Shown here piece by piece: positions 10,485 through 21,383 of a DNA stretch of 64,000 nucleotides. The stretch lies in contig JBGANV010000005.1 of the NCBI GenBank assembly GCA_044222185.1, forward strand, positions 1-64,000, in the 5' to 3' direction. The DNA comes from Planctomycetota bacterium (GTDB lineage Bacteria; Planctomycetota; GCA-002687715; CAIWVZ01). Made by a program: the position numbers and the translations under genes. Position 1 is the stretch's first letter; each line of letters starts with the position of its first letter. The notes under the pieces are model-generated. The model was not told the origin of the DNA. It did not search any database and worked only from the letters and a program-made list of their open reading frames with translations.

Positions 10485-12437
10485 ATGAACCCGATACTCT
10501 GGGAGCCGTCGCCGGCGCAGATCGAAGGCACGCGGCTTCAAGCCTACCGGCACTGGCTCCAACGCAATCGAGGTTTGACCTTCGCGGACTACACGGGGCT
10601 GTGGACGTGGTCCGTCACCGAGCGCGAGGCCTTCTGGACGTCGATCTGGGATTTCTGCAACGTGCGCTCGGGCGCGCGTGGCGACGTCGCCTGCGTGGCT
10701 CGCGACCGGATGCCAGGCGCGCGCTGGTTCCCCGACGCACGGCTGAACTTCGCGGAGAACCTCCTCCGCCGAACCGACGACGCGCCGGCCCTGGTGTCCT
10801 GGGGCGAACACAAGAACCGGCGCCAGATGTCGTTCGCGGAGTTGCGTGCGCAGGTCTCACGGCTGGCCCAGGCCCTTTCGGCCGCGGGTGTCGTCGCGGG
10901 CGACCGCGTCGCGGGGTACATGCCCAACATCCCGGAGACCGTCGTCGCCATGCTGGCTGCGGCGAGCCTCGGCGCGATCTGGTCGTCGTGCTCGCCCGAC
11001 TTCGGCGTCGCGGGCGTGCTCGACCGGTTCGGGCAGATCCGGCCGAAGGTCCTGTTCAGCACCGATGGGTACTACTACGGCGGGAAGGTCTTCCATGCGG
11101 AAGATCGCCTCGCCGAGATCGTCCGTCAGATCCCGAGCGTGGAGAAACTCGTCGTCATCCCCTACCTCGCCGACGACCACCCTGCCCGTGAGATCGACCA
11201 CGCCGTTCTCTTCGACGCGTTCGTCGGCCCGTTCCAGGCCGGACCGATCGCGTTCGCGCAACTCCCATTCGACCACCCGCTCTACATCATGTACAGCTCG
11301 GGGACGACGGGCGCGCCCAAGTGCATCGTGCACGGCGCGGGCGGGACGCTCCTCCAGCACTTGAAGGAGCACCAGTTGCACGGCGACGTCCGCCCGCTCG
11401 ATCGCGTCTTCTACTTCACCACCTGCGGGTGGATGATGTGGAACTGGCTGGTGAGCGCCCTGGCATCCGAGGCGACCGTCGTTCTGTACGACGGTTCGCC
11501 GTTCTTCCCTCGGCCGCGGATCCTCTGGGACATGGCGGCGCAGGAACGCATCACGTTCTTCGGCACTTCGGCCAAGTACATCGACGCGGCACGCAAGACG
11601 GCACTCGAGCCCAAGGCGCTGAATCAGCTTCCCGACCTCCGCACGATCTCGTCGACCGGCTCGCCGCTCGTCGCCGAGTCGTTCGACTGGGTCTACCGCG
11701 CGATCAAGAGCGACGTGTCGCTGTGCTCGGTCTCCGGTGGGACGGACATCATCTCGTGCTTCGTGCTCGGCGATCCGACGGCTCCCGTGCGTCGCGGCGA
11801 GATCCAGGTGCGAGGGCTCGGCATGCGCGTCGAGGTGTTCGACGACGCGGGCCGGTCGCTGACGAACGAGAAGGGCGAGCTGGTCTGCACGGCGCCGTTC
11901 CCGTCCATGCCCGTCGGATTCTGGAACGACCCCGACGGCCGCCGCTACCACGCCGCCTACTTCGAGCGCTTCCCGAACGTGTGGTGTCACGGCGATTGGG
12001 TCGAGATGACCGAGTCTGGAGGGTTCATCATCTACGGTCGTTCCGACGCCGTGCTCAATCCGGGCGGCGTTCGCATCGGCACCGCGGAGATCTATCGCCA
12101 GGTCGAACAACTCGACGAGATCGAGGAGAGCATCGCCATCGGGCAGGACTGGGACAACGACGTTCGGGTCGTCCTCTTCGTGCGCCTCCGCAACGGCATC
12201 ATTCTCGACAAGGACCTCACCGAGCGGATCAAGAAGCGCATTCGCGACAACACGACGCCGCGCCACGTCCCCGCGAAGATCATCCAGGTCGCCGACATCC
12301 CCCGCACGAAGAGCGGGAAGATCACCGAGCTCGCGGTGCGAGACGTCGTGCACGGCAAGCCGGTGAAGAACGCCGAGGCACTCGCCAATCCAGATGCTCT
12401 CAACCTCTTCCGCGACCTGGCGGAGTTGAAGACGTGA
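10485..12437 (+). CDS. Acetoacetate--CoA ligase
   Basis: [21 protein letters not shown]-binding motif; [38 protein letters not shown] and PRTKSGK. Confidence 0.95.
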   Translation: MNPILWEPSPAQIEGTRLQAYRHWLQRNRGLTFADYTGLWTWSVTEREAFWTSIWDFCNVRSGARGDVACVARDRMPGARWFPDARLNFAENLLRRTDDAPALVSWGEHKNRRQMSFAELRAQVSRLAQALSAAGVVAGDRVAGYMPNIPETVVAMLAAASLGAIWSSCSPDFGVAGVLDRFGQIRPKVLFSTDGYYYGGKVFHAEDRLAEIVRQIPSVEKLVVIPYLADDHPAREIDHAVLFDAFVGPFQAGPIAFAQLPFDHPLYIMYSSGTTGAPKCIVHGAGGTLLQHLKEHQLHGDVRPLDRVFYFTTCGWMMWNWLVSALASEATVVLYDGSPFFPRPRILWDMAAQERITFFGTSAKYIDAARKTALEPKALNQLPDLRTISSTGSPLVAESFDWVYRAIKSDVSLCSVSGGTDIISCFVLGDPTAPVRRGEIQVRGLGMRVEVFDDAGRSLTNEKGELVCTAPFPSMPVGFWNDPDGRRYHAAYFERFPNVWCHGDWVEMTESGGFIIYGRSDAVLNPGGVRIGTAEIYRQVEQLDEIEESIAIGQDWDNDVRVVLFVRLRNGIILDKDLTERIKKRIRDNTTPRHVPAKIIQVADIPRTKSGKITELAVRDVVHGKPVKNAEALANPDALNLFRDLAELKT

Positions 12438-12775
12438 CACGGTCCCGGTGGGGCGCACCGATCCCGCGGGTGGGCGCCGCCGGCGTCGTCGCACGTGTCG
12501 TCGACCTTGCCCGCCCCGCCGTCGGGTACGCGTGGCAGGCGTCCGACCCACCCGTCGCGCAGGCGTTGTTCGCCACCGACGGCCGGCCTCATGCGCTCCT
12601 GCATTCCGACCCGGATCGACTCGGTGCGCTGGTCGCGGCCATCCCACCGAACGCATTGGTGATCACGTGGAGCTCGGGCCCCGCCGCCGGGACGTGGGTC
12701 GACCCCAAGCCCCGCCACGTGTCCTGTTCCCTCGCATCCGGATCGTGCCCGACGTGTGGGTTGCACGTGAAGTGA
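12434..12775 (+). CDS. Small hypothetical protein (113 aa) with C-terminal Cys cluster
   Basis: GTG start overlaps the ligase stop (GTGA); ends [19 protein letters not shown]. Confidence 0.4.
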   Translation: MTRSRWGAPIPRVGAAGVVARVVDLARPAVGYAWQASDPPVAQALFATDGRPHALLHSDPDRLGALVAAIPPNALVITWSSGPAAGTWVDPKPRHVSCSLASGSCPTCGLHVK

Positions 12776-13143
12776 CCGCGCGACCCGCGCGCGATTTCGC
12801 ACCGCGCCGTGAACCGCCAGCTCCAGGCCGACGTCGACGCAACGACTCGTGAACCGATGCCCGGTCAGGCTCTCACGAACGAAGCGCGCCGTTGCGGCGG
12901 TGGCGGTTGGTCATCCGTTCCCCGACGCCGGTCCACCGCCGGAGTCGCGGACGGAGTTGTCCGCGACCGAGTTGCGACGTCGATGCCCGCGCGCGCGACC
13001 AGCGACTGATCCTGCTCGGTTCGAGTCGAATCGTCACCGTGAGGTTACGGGAACGGCCCGATGATGGTCGAGCCCGGTCTCGCCCGCGAGTCGCCGCCGC
13101 CGTGGCATGGCCATTGCATCGCGATGCCCCCCGAGGACAGCTC

Positions 13144-15660
13144 ATGATTTCGACATTCGGATCGCACGGAAGGCGCGTCGTCACTCTGATCCTGATCTCT
13201 TCGCTCGCAGTCGGACAGTCTCCGCGACTTCGCCAGAGCGACGAGCAGCTGAACTACCTGACATCCCTCAACAACATCGTCCTCGCAGTCGCCGATTTCG
13301 ACGGGGACGGGATCGTCGATCTGCTGCGCCGCGACGGCGTGTTGTTCAACGGTGGCAGCGGCGAGTTCGCGAACGTCGGGAACGCTCCGGGCGGTATTTT
13401 CGCGTGCGGCGTGAACGCCGTCACGGCGGACATGGACGGGGACGGCGACGTCGACGTGGTCGTGAACTCGTGTACTGGCGGGCAGTTGATCTGCGCGCTG
13501 AACGACGGGGTCGGCGTCTTCTCGTCGTTCGTCCCGCTGCCGATCGCAACACTCGTCGACGCTCATTCGGAACTTCAGATCTGCGATCTCGACGGCGATG
13601 GCCGGCCGGACGTGGCCGCGACGTTGCGCTCGCCGATCGCGCCGGCGAACACGATCGTCGCGTGGATACAGTCTCCGATCGGGGGCATCGGCTTCGCACG
13701 CTTCCAGCTGCCCTCGGCGTCGACGCCCATGACTCTCCGCGATGCCGGCGACTTCGACGGCGACGGCGCTGACGAGCTCGTCATCTCCATCCTCGTCGCG
13801 AACGTGGGCCCGCTGATGGTCCCAGCGCTCGTCAAGTTCACGAGCAGTGGACTCGTCTTCGTTTCCCAGATCAACGCGGTTCCCGCGATCTACGCGTTCG
13901 CCGTCGCGGACTGGACGAACGACGGGATCCAGGATCTCCTGCTCACGCGCGCCTCCTCGAACGTGCCGGTCGGCAACCTCACGAACCTGCTTCTCGCCGG
14001 AACGCCGACGGGACTCGCGAGCCCGATCGTGACGACGAATTCCGATTACACCCTCGACACCACGCCGTACGACTGGGACGGTGTGCCGCCTCTCGAGGCG
14101 ATCCGCGTCGGCCACCAGATCGAGGTCGTCCGGATCGGACCCACGGGCACCGAGACCCCGCTCGTCACGATCGACGCGCCATACGTGTTCCCGAGGTTCG
14201 CGGGCGACTTCGACGGCGATGGTGATCAGGACGTGCTCACCGTCGACGGCGCGGGCTCCTACCACGTCGCGTATCACGCGCCCGGTCGGTTCGTGTTTCC
14301 GCGCGGGTCGGTCGACCCGAGCCTCGACGCCCATGGCGGGCGTTGGTGCATCGCCGATCTGAACGGCGACGGCCACCCGGATCTCATCACCGCGACCCTC
14401 TCGGGCGTGGCCCTGAACGACGGCTTCGGTCACTTCACCGTCACGCACCACACGCTGCCCCGAGGCGTGGGGGAAGCCGTCTACGGAGCCGTCTGCATCG
14501 CGGACTTCGATGGCGACGGCGTCGATGACGTGTTCTCGGGCAATTGGTTCAACGGACACGGACACGACGTGTTCCTCACGAGCCCTGGGTTGCGTTGGCG
14601 GCACTCGGTCGCGATCGCGCCCCCGGGCGTCAGCCAGGTGGCGCGCGCCGGCGACGTCGATCAGGACGGAGACATGGACGTCGTCTGCATCACCGATACG
14701 ACGTCGGCGACCGGCATCTCTGCGCGAATCGACCTCGTACGCAACGCCGGCGGCGGCGCCTTCGTCTCGAACGTGATCCTCGCCGGTCACCGTTCGATCG
14801 ACCTCGCCCTCGTCGACTTCGACCTGGACGGCGACATGGACATCCTCGTCGCGAACTTGTCGGGCACGTCGACGCCTGACCCGTCGCTCTGGCTCGAGAA
14901 CACGGGCGGCGGCGTCTTCGTCCAGCGAGCGCTGCCCGTCACGGTGGAGGCAACGGCGATCACTGGCGCCGATCTGGATGGAGATGGCGACGTCGACCTC
15001 GTGGTGAACGGCAACGCCTGGATTCGCACGGGAACGAACTGGGCCGCGGCACCGGGAGCTGCCGAGCCGTACAACGGGCTCAGCGGAAACGCGATCCCCG
15101 GCGTCTACACGGGACACCGGCTCGTCGACATCGACGGCGACGGAGTCCTCGATCTGGTCACCGACGTGGCGTGGCACAGGGGATTGGGCGCGGCCGGCTT
15201 CGGGTTGAACGAGCCCTGGCCCTATGCAGGGCAGACAAGCTCGTTCAACGCCGACGGCATGGCTGACTTGGACGGCGATGGGGACGTCGACGTCGTTCCG
15301 GCCGTGCCGATGATCCTGTGGAACGTCACGCGACAGCTGACGCGCGGGATGTTCATCCGCCCCGGCCACACGGGAACACTGGAGGTTCGAGGAGCGCCGT
15401 CCGAGCCGTACATCCTCGCGGCCTCGCTCGGTCGCGCGGTACCGCCGATCGCGATTCCGGGATGGGGGACGATCACCATCGATCTCGCGACGGCGTTCGT
15501 GCTCCCACCGACGCCCCTCGATTTCACGGGATTCGCGACGATTCCGTTGAGCTGCCCGAACAACCCGGCCTTGGTGGGCGCGACGCTCTACTGGCAGGCT
15601 GCGCTTCCACAGCAGGCGAAGCTCACGAGCGCCGTTGCCACGACCGTGCTCGGCCTCTGA
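13144..15660 (+). CDS. Secreted FG-GAP/VCBS-repeat protein with C-terminal lineage-type domain
   Basis: Signal peptide; more than 12 D(F/L/M)DGDG.D repeats; GAGGA upstream of ATG 13144. Confidence 0.85.
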   Translation: MISTFGSHGRRVVTLILISSLAVGQSPRLRQSDEQLNYLTSLNNIVLAVADFDGDGIVDLLRRDGVLFNGGSGEFANVGNAPGGIFACGVNAVTADMDGDGDVDVVVNSCTGGQLICALNDGVGVFSSFVPLPIATLVDAHSELQICDLDGDGRPDVAATLRSPIAPANTIVAWIQSPIGGIGFARFQLPSASTPMTLRDAGDFDGDGADELVISILVANVGPLMVPALVKFTSSGLVFVSQINAVPAIYAFAVADWTNDGIQDLLLTRASSNVPVGNLTNLLLAGTPTGLASPIVTTNSDYTLDTTPYDWDGVPPLEAIRVGHQIEVVRIGPTGTETPLVTIDAPYVFPRFAGDFDGDGDQDVLTVDGAGSYHVAYHAPGRFVFPRGSVDPSLDAHGGRWCIADLNGDGHPDLITATLSGVALNDGFGHFTVTHHTLPRGVGEAVYGAVCIADFDGDGVDDVFSGNWFNGHGHDVFLTSPGLRWRHSVAIAPPGVSQVARAGDVDQDGDMDVVCITDTTSATGISARIDLVRNAGGGAFVSNVILAGHRSIDLALVDFDLDGDMDILVANLSGTSTPDPSLWLENTGGGVFVQRALPVTVEATAITGADLDGDGDVDLVVNGNAWIRTGTNWAAAPGAAEPYNGLSGNAIPGVYTGHRLVDIDGDGVLDLVTDVAWHRGLGAAGFGLNEPWPYAGQTSSFNADGMADLDGDGDVDVVPAVPMILWNVTRQLTRGMFIRPGHTGTLEVRGAPSEPYILAASLGRAVPPIAIPGWGTITIDLATAFVLPPTPLDFTGFATIPLSCPNNPALVGATLYWQAALPQQAKLTSAVATTVLGL

Positions 15661-15687
15661 CGGCGCTCGCGCGCCGTCGTCGCCGAA

Positions 15688-16584
15688 TCACGCCGTGCCG
15701 CTCTCCGAGATCTGCACGGCGACGACACCGGCGATGACGATCGTCCCGCCCACGGCCAACTGCCAGCCGATGGGCTCATCGAGCCACGCCCAGGCGAGGA
15801 TGGCCGTGCCGATCGGCTGGAGGTTGATCACCATGGCGCTGCGGAGCGCGCCGATACGGCGGAGCAGGTAGTACCACAGCACGTAGGCGAGCACGGACGT
15901 GCACACTCCGAGGAAGAGCATGCACGCGAGCACCCGTCCGCTCATCCCGGCGAGGTCGAACGCGCGCAGGTCCGAGGCGGTCACCGGAAGGAGGAACACC
16001 GTGCCGAGGACGAGCATCGCCCGGCTCAGCTCGAAGCTGGGGACCTGGGCGAGAATCGGCCGACTCAACAGGGTCACGGCACACCACGCGAGCACGGCAC
16101 CGAAGATGATCGCGTCCCCGCGAAGCGATTCGACCGTGAACGTCAGGCCCCGCTCCTCGAGCACGATGAAGACGCCGACGACAGCGCCCACGGTTCCGAT
16201 CCAGGTCAGGCGCGATGTGACGCCCTTCCCCGTCACGGCCTGGATCACGGCGAGCAGCAGGGGCATCAGGCAGAAGATCAGCGCACCGTGGACGGCGGGC
16301 GCATAGCGAAGCCCGACGATGTAACAGACCTGGTTGGCGAGGACGGCCAGTGCCGCCAGCGCGACGATCCTCCGCCAGCGCGCGCGAAACACGGCGCGAA
16401 CCTCGGCGGAGAGCGGCCGGAACAGGAGCGTGGGAACCAGCACGGCGGACGCCACGAGACATCGCATCGTCAGCGCCACGAGCGGCGGAACGTGCTCGCG
16501 GACGAGGAGGTCTCGCACGATCACGTGCGTGAGGCAGGCGATCGCCATGTGACCGAACACCGCGAAGATGACGAGAAACGGCAT
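15688..16584 (-). CDS. DMT/EamA family transporter
   Basis: About 10 hydrophobic segments in two EamA halves; NLQPIGTAILAWAWLDEPI motif; alternative start 16641. Confidence 0.9.
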   Translation of the reverse strand: MPFLVIFAVFGHMAIACLTHVIVRDLLVREHVPPLVALTMRCLVASAVLVPTLLFRPLSAEVRAVFRARWRRIVALAALAVLANQVCYIVGLRYAPAVHGALIFCLMPLLLAVIQAVTGKGVTSRLTWIGTVGAVVGVFIVLEERGLTFTVESLRGDAIIFGAVLAWCAVTLLSRPILAQVPSFELSRAMLVLGTVFLLPVTASDLRAFDLAGMSGRVLACMLFLGVCTSVLAYVLWYYLLRRIGALRSAMVINLQPIGTAILAWAWLDEPIGWQLAVGGTIVIAGVVAVQISESGTA

Positions 16585-16742
16585 GAAAATGTCGGTTAAC
16601 GGAGGGACCGTCTCCCGCGTCTTCGTCCGAGTGCGGGGCATTCCGCCATGATCGGAGACGCGAAAGCACGATGTCGATTCCGGTGGGCGAGTCATCGCCG
16701 GCGCTTGCCGTGCCGGTCGTCGGAGCGAGCCGGCAGGCTACG

Positions 16743-17276
16743 ATGCTCCGCATGACCGGGGAAGACGAGGAAACGGCTCTCGTCTCGGCGGCTGCACGCG
16801 GCGACCGTGAAGCCTTCGCCGAACTGCACGGGCGGTATGCCCGCGTCGTCCACGGAATCCTCATCTCGCTCGTGCCGTTCGCCGAGGCGCACGACCTCGT
16901 GCAGGACGTGTTCCTGCTGGCGCTGCGCAAGCTCGACTCGCTTCGGGAAGCGGGCGCCTTCGGAGGATGGATCGTGACGATCGCACGCAATCGGGCGCGA
17001 GATCACGTGCGCCGTCGCGCGGTCGCCCAGGATCTGCCCGACGAATTGCCCGCGCGCGATTCGACCTGCGATCCCGAGGCGGCCGAAGCGCTGGCGGCGA
17101 TTCGCGAGCTGCCGGAGGCATATCGCGAGCCGCTCATCTTGCGCCTCGTGGAGGGCCTGAGCGGGCCCGAGATCGCGGCGCGGTGCGGTTTGACCCCCGG
17201 TTCCGTTCGCGTCAACCTCCACCGCGGCATGAAACACCTGCGCGAGCGCCTGCTCAGGAGATCCCCCCATGAGTGA
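16743..17276 (+). CDS. ECF RNA polymerase sigma-70 factor
   Basis: GDREAFAEL, AHDLVQDVF and WIVTIARN (region 2); LPEAYRE...EIA...GSVRVNLHRG (region 4). Confidence 0.92.
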   Translation: MLRMTGEDEETALVSAAARGDREAFAELHGRYARVVHGILISLVPFAEAHDLVQDVFLLALRKLDSLREAGAFGGWIVTIARNRARDHVRRRAVAQDLPDELPARDSTCDPEAAEALAAIRELPEAYREPLILRLVEGLSGPEIAARCGLTPGSVRVNLHRGMKHLRERLLRRSPHE

Positions 17277-18315
17277 CGACTACCTCTGGGACAAGTCCGG
17301 CCCGCCGGACCCGGACGTCCGTCACCTCGAGGAGGTGTTGGGCCGGCTTCGTCATCGGCCAGACGGGTCTCCCCTCGCGCCACCGCCTCCGGTTCCATCT
17401 CGCGCGGCGCCGTCGCGACCCGCGCAGCCGCGCTGGCGCTGGTGGCTGGCGACCCCGCTCGTCGCCGCAGCCGCCGTCGTCGCCGCGATCGTCCTGCGCC
17501 ATGACGAACCGCCGCCCACACCTGTGCCCGTCGTGGACGTCGCCTGGCAGGTGACGGTGCTCTCGGGGTCGCCATCGATCGCCGACGCCGTGCTGACGTC
17601 GCGCGACGGCGTGCTGCGACCCGGCGAGTGGCTCGAAACGAACACCACGGCGCACGCCATGGTGAGCATCCCGAGCGTGGGCATCGTCGACATCCAGCCC
17701 GGGACGCGGATGCGCCTCATCACGGCACGCTCGGGCGAGCATCGCGTCGCGGTCGCGCGCGGCTCCATCAAGGCGACGATCTTCGCGCCGCCGCGGGTCT
17801 TCTTCGTGGAGACGCCGTCCGCCGTCGCCATCGACCTGGGATGTTCGTACACGCTCGCCGTGGACGCGTTCGGCGTGACGCTGTTGCGCGTCCTCACGGG
17901 CTGGGTCGCATTCGAGTTCAAGAACGTCGAGACGGTCGTCCCAGCGGGCGCGAGCTGCACGACGCGGCCCGGATCCGGCCCCGGCCTGCCGCTCTTCGAA
18001 GATGCCGCCGCCGAGTTCCGCACCGCGACCGCGAAGATCGAGGACGGCGACGCCGATCCCGCGCTGCTCGGCACGCTCTTCACGCATGCGCGGCGCCGCG
18101 ACGGCGTGACGCTCTGGCACCTGCTCCCCCGCCGCGACGAATCCGACCGCGGCCGGATCTTCGACCATCTGGCATCCGTCGTCCCCCCGCCGGCAGGCGT
18201 GACGCGTGCCGGGATCGTCGGTCTCGATCCGAAGATGCTGGCTCGCTGGAGCGACGGGATGAAAGACGCCTGGTCCCCATGGAACCAGTGGCGCTACCCC
18301 GACGACGGCAAGTAG
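17269..18315 (+). CDS. Putative anti-sigma factor, single TM plus FecR-like domain
   Basis: Overlaps the sigma gene; N-terminal DYLWD, one TM helix, FFVETPSAVAIDLGCSYTL FecR-like strands. Confidence 0.75.
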   Translation: MSDDYLWDKSGPPDPDVRHLEEVLGRLRHRPDGSPLAPPPPVPSRAAPSRPAQPRWRWWLATPLVAAAAVVAAIVLRHDEPPPTPVPVVDVAWQVTVLSGSPSIADAVLTSRDGVLRPGEWLETNTTAHAMVSIPSVGIVDIQPGTRMRLITARSGEHRVAVARGSIKATIFAPPRVFFVETPSAVAIDLGCSYTLAVDAFGVTLLRVLTGWVAFEFKNVETVVPAGASCTTRPGSGPGLPLFEDAAAEFRTATAKIEDGDADPALLGTLFTHARRRDGVTLWHLLPRRDESDRGRIFDHLASVVPPPAGVTRAGIVGLDPKMLARWSDGMKDAWSPWNQWRYPDDGK

Positions 18316-18327
18316 CGGCGCGCGTTC

Positions 18328-19692
18328 TCAGCCGGCGACCTTCGTCGGTTCGGCGAGATGCTCGCGGACGTCGTAGTTCCGCACGACGGCCGATCGAGCG
18401 GCGACGAACGCGACGACGAGCAGCGTGATCACTCCTCCGGAGACGACGGAGACGGTGGCACCGAGAGCGGGCGTCGCGAAGCAGGCGGCGACGAGGCCCG
18501 CTTCGAGTTCTCCGAGCTGGGGCCCGCCCATGAAGAAGATCATGTTGACGCCGGTCATGCGGCCGCGCAGCCGGTCGGGGGTCACCAGTTGCCGGAGCGT
18601 CTGCCGGATCACCGTCGACACGAGGTCCGAGAAGCCAGTCAGCGCGAGCGCGGCGAACGTGAGCCAGAAGCTGCGGGACAACCCCCACACGATGGTGGCG
18701 ATGGCGTAGCCCGCCACGCTCCACAAGAGCAGCGGGCCCTGACGGCGCGGCAGCGAGCGGACCGACGTTCCGACGGAACCGACGAACGCGCCCACGGCCG
18801 GCGCGGCGCGCAGCAACGCGTAGCCCGTCGTGCCGACGCCGAGCACCTTGTCGGCGAAGATCGGCAGCATGGACATCGCGCCCGAGAACAGCGTGGCGAA
18901 GAAGTCGAGCGCCATCGTCCAGACCATGATCGGCGTGGAGAAGACGAACGAGAGACCTTCCTTCAGCGCGGCGCCAGGCGGCACCTTGGGCCCGGCATCG
19001 CCCGCCGACCGTCCCGAGGCCCGCATGAGGAACAGGCTCCCGATCACGGCGAGGAACGAGGCCGCGTTCAGCGCATACGCCAAGGAGAGCCCGGACGGCC
19101 CCACGCGCGTGGTCTGATCCGCGCCGGCGTGACCGGCCCCGGTGAACCCCAGACTTCCCAAGGCGATCAGGCAGAAGAGGGCCGGCCCGGCGATCATCGA
19201 GAGGTGCAGGACGCTGAGGTTCAACGAGACCGCGCCCGCCAGCGCCTCCCGGGGAACGAGTCGCGGAATGAGCGCCTGGCGCGCCGGGTTGTCGAATGCC
19301 GATGCCGCCGAGTTCAGCGCGTTCATGGCGTAGATGAGCCAGAGCGTCTCCGTGCCGGTCCACGTGGTGATCGCGAGCAGCCCGGCCCCGAAGGCCATCA
19401 GCGACTGCATGAGGAACATGATCCGCTTGTTGTCGTGGCGATCGGCCGCGACACCGCCGAAGAGCGAGAGCACGATCGTCGGGATGACCTTCGTCAACCC
19501 GACGGCGCCGAGGGCGACGGCCGAAACCTGCCAGAGGCACGTCTGGGTGATCTGCCACACGTGCCAGTCGATGGCCGCGCTCTGCATCTGCGATCCCGTG
19601 AACGAGACCGCGTTCGCGACCCAGAGGAGTCGGAAGTCGCGGTGGCGGAGCGTGTGAAAGGGGCGCGAGGGTGCGGCGGGCGGGGCGTTCAC
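18328..19692 (-). CDS. MFS transporter (EntS/H+ antiporter-like)
   Basis: LRHRDFRLLW, GGVAADR, FDNPARQALIP and PDRLRGR motifs; about 12 TM segments. Confidence 0.92.
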   Translation of the reverse strand: MNAPPAAPSRPFHTLRHRDFRLLWVANAVSFTGSQMQSAAIDWHVWQITQTCLWQVSAVALGAVGLTKVIPTIVLSLFGGVAADRHDNKRIMFLMQSLMAFGAGLLAITTWTGTETLWLIYAMNALNSAASAFDNPARQALIPRLVPREALAGAVSLNLSVLHLSMIAGPALFCLIALGSLGFTGAGHAGADQTTRVGPSGLSLAYALNAASFLAVIGSLFLMRASGRSAGDAGPKVPPGAALKEGLSFVFSTPIMVWTMALDFFATLFSGAMSMLPIFADKVLGVGTTGYALLRAAPAVGAFVGSVGTSVRSLPRRQGPLLLWSVAGYAIATIVWGLSRSFWLTFAALALTGFSDLVSTVIRQTLRQLVTPDRLRGRMTGVNMIFFMGGPQLGELEAGLVAACFATPALGATVSVVSGGVITLLVVAFVAARSAVVRNYDVREHLAEPTKVAG

Positions 19693-19785
19693 CCGCCGAA
19701 TCTATCAGGTGCGGGGCGCGCCCCGAGGCCGGCGCGCGACGAGGGACTCAGGCTCGTCGTCGTCGCCAGACCGCGTGGCGAAGGC

Positions 19786-21207
19786 TCAGAACAACGTGAT
19801 CTCCAACCCAGGCGACGTGGAGATCCCGGCGCTGGCGTCGGCGGCCTGCGCGTAGACCTTCAACCCATAGAAGGGCCCGATCGGCAGCGGGATCGGGAGC
19901 GTGAAGCTGCCCGACGTGTCGAACGGAATCGACGCGAGGATCAGATCCGCGGAGTCCAGGAGTCCGCAGCCGCCGAGCCCCACGCCGCCCAGGTCGACGT
20001 AGATCCGCGACGTACCGACGGTGAGGAACCCGGTTCCGTTCGGAGTCGCCTGGGTGACGCGCAGCCCGAACGCGCCATTGCCGAGGTTCGCCGTCGAGAG
20101 CATGCCGATGTGGATCGACGGCGCCGCCCCGCTGGTGCACGCCTTGCCGTAGATCGCCCCGCCGGATGCGTGAGCGACGCCGTTGGAGTTGCCCCCAGGC
20201 AGCTGCACGATCACGGTGCCCACCCCGTTGACGATCTTGCGAATCTCGCGCGCCGTCGTCGCCACGGCGCTCGTCACGTTGCCGACGGTGAAGTAACCAT
20301 CGCCGATGACGTCCGTCGCAAGCGCATTCTGCCCGGTGGTGAATGCATTCACGGCCAGCAGCGTGACGGCGTGCGTCGTGCGATCGATCGTCGACGTACC
20401 GGTGATCGCGTTGTTGTGCGTGATCGCGATCGCGCCGTCGGTCCCGAGCGTCACGCCGGTGGGGATCCCGCTGCCCCCTGTGAACAACGTCGAGTTGTCG
20501 TACGTGGCGAGCAGCGTCGCCGGACCGCCGCCCGCCGGGATCGAATAGATGTCGTTGATGATGTTCCCCGCGCCGATGAAGCCGAGGATCACGCCACCGT
20601 TCCCGCCGTAGTCGCTCGGGTCGAAGTACATACCATTCACGCCCTCGGTGATCGGCGGTCCGCCGACGATGTTCCACTGGGTCGATGCGCCGGTCGAGCG
20701 GTTGTACTGGAAGACGCCGACGGTTCCGACGGGCGTCCCCAGCACGGACTCGGCCGTGAGGATGTCGCCGTTGGGCAGGATCGAGAGTGCCTGGATCCCG
20801 GCGACGCTCCCCGTCGCCGTCAGCGTGGCGATGGGCAGATCCGACAGCGCGTTCGTGCCGCTCGAGTCGAGGACGATTCCGCGAACCGAGTACGGCAGGC
20901 CGGCGGCGCTCGCGATCGTGCCGACGATCAGGTGGCCCGTGACGGGGTCGATGGCCACGGCGTTCGCACCACTGTTCGCGGTCTGCACGCCGGCGACGAA
21001 CCCCGCGGTCTCCGGATCCGTCCCGTTGATCGGCGTCGCCGTCGCGGCGAGGGGATCGACGAGATACAGCCCCGTCGTCGGTGGCGCGGTGAGCCCGCTG
21101 CCCGCGGATGCGGAGACGACGAGCATCCCTGCCGGCACCTGGGCGAACGTCACGGAACAAACGACGCCGAGCGAAACGACGAACCTCATCGACAGCTTGA
21201 CGCGCAT
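19786..21207 (-). CDS. Secreted beta-propeller-like protein with C-terminal lineage-type domain
   Basis: AGGAGG RBS before ATG 21207; signal peptide ending TFAQ; Gly/Thr-rich beta repeats. Confidence 0.75.
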   Translation of the reverse strand: MRVKLSMRFVVSLGVVCSVTFAQVPAGMLVVSASAGSGLTAPPTTGLYLVDPLAATATPINGTDPETAGFVAGVQTANSGANAVAIDPVTGHLIVGTIASAAGLPYSVRGIVLDSSGTNALSDLPIATLTATGSVAGIQALSILPNGDILTAESVLGTPVGTVGVFQYNRSTGASTQWNIVGGPPITEGVNGMYFDPSDYGGNGGVILGFIGAGNIINDIYSIPAGGGPATLLATYDNSTLFTGGSGIPTGVTLGTDGAIAITHNNAITGTSTIDRTTHAVTLLAVNAFTTGQNALATDVIGDGYFTVGNVTSAVATTAREIRKIVNGVGTVIVQLPGGNSNGVAHASGGAIYGKACTSGAAPSIHIGMLSTANLGNGAFGLRVTQATPNGTGFLTVGTSRIYVDLGGVGLGGCGLLDSADLILASIPFDTSGSFTLPIPLPIGPFYGLKVYAQAADASAGISTSPGLEITLF

Positions 21208-21383
21208 CGTGATGCCTCCTGAACGCTTCACAGGATCTGCACCCCGGGTGATCCGCGTCGCAATCGCGACTCTCTCCGCGGTCCCGGAGCGCATGCGGTT
21301 CCAGAACGAACGCGAGGCGTCAGTTTGGGGGCGACGTCCGCACCCGGCAAGGATTTTCTCCGGCCGGATGCGGGCGCGCGCCG

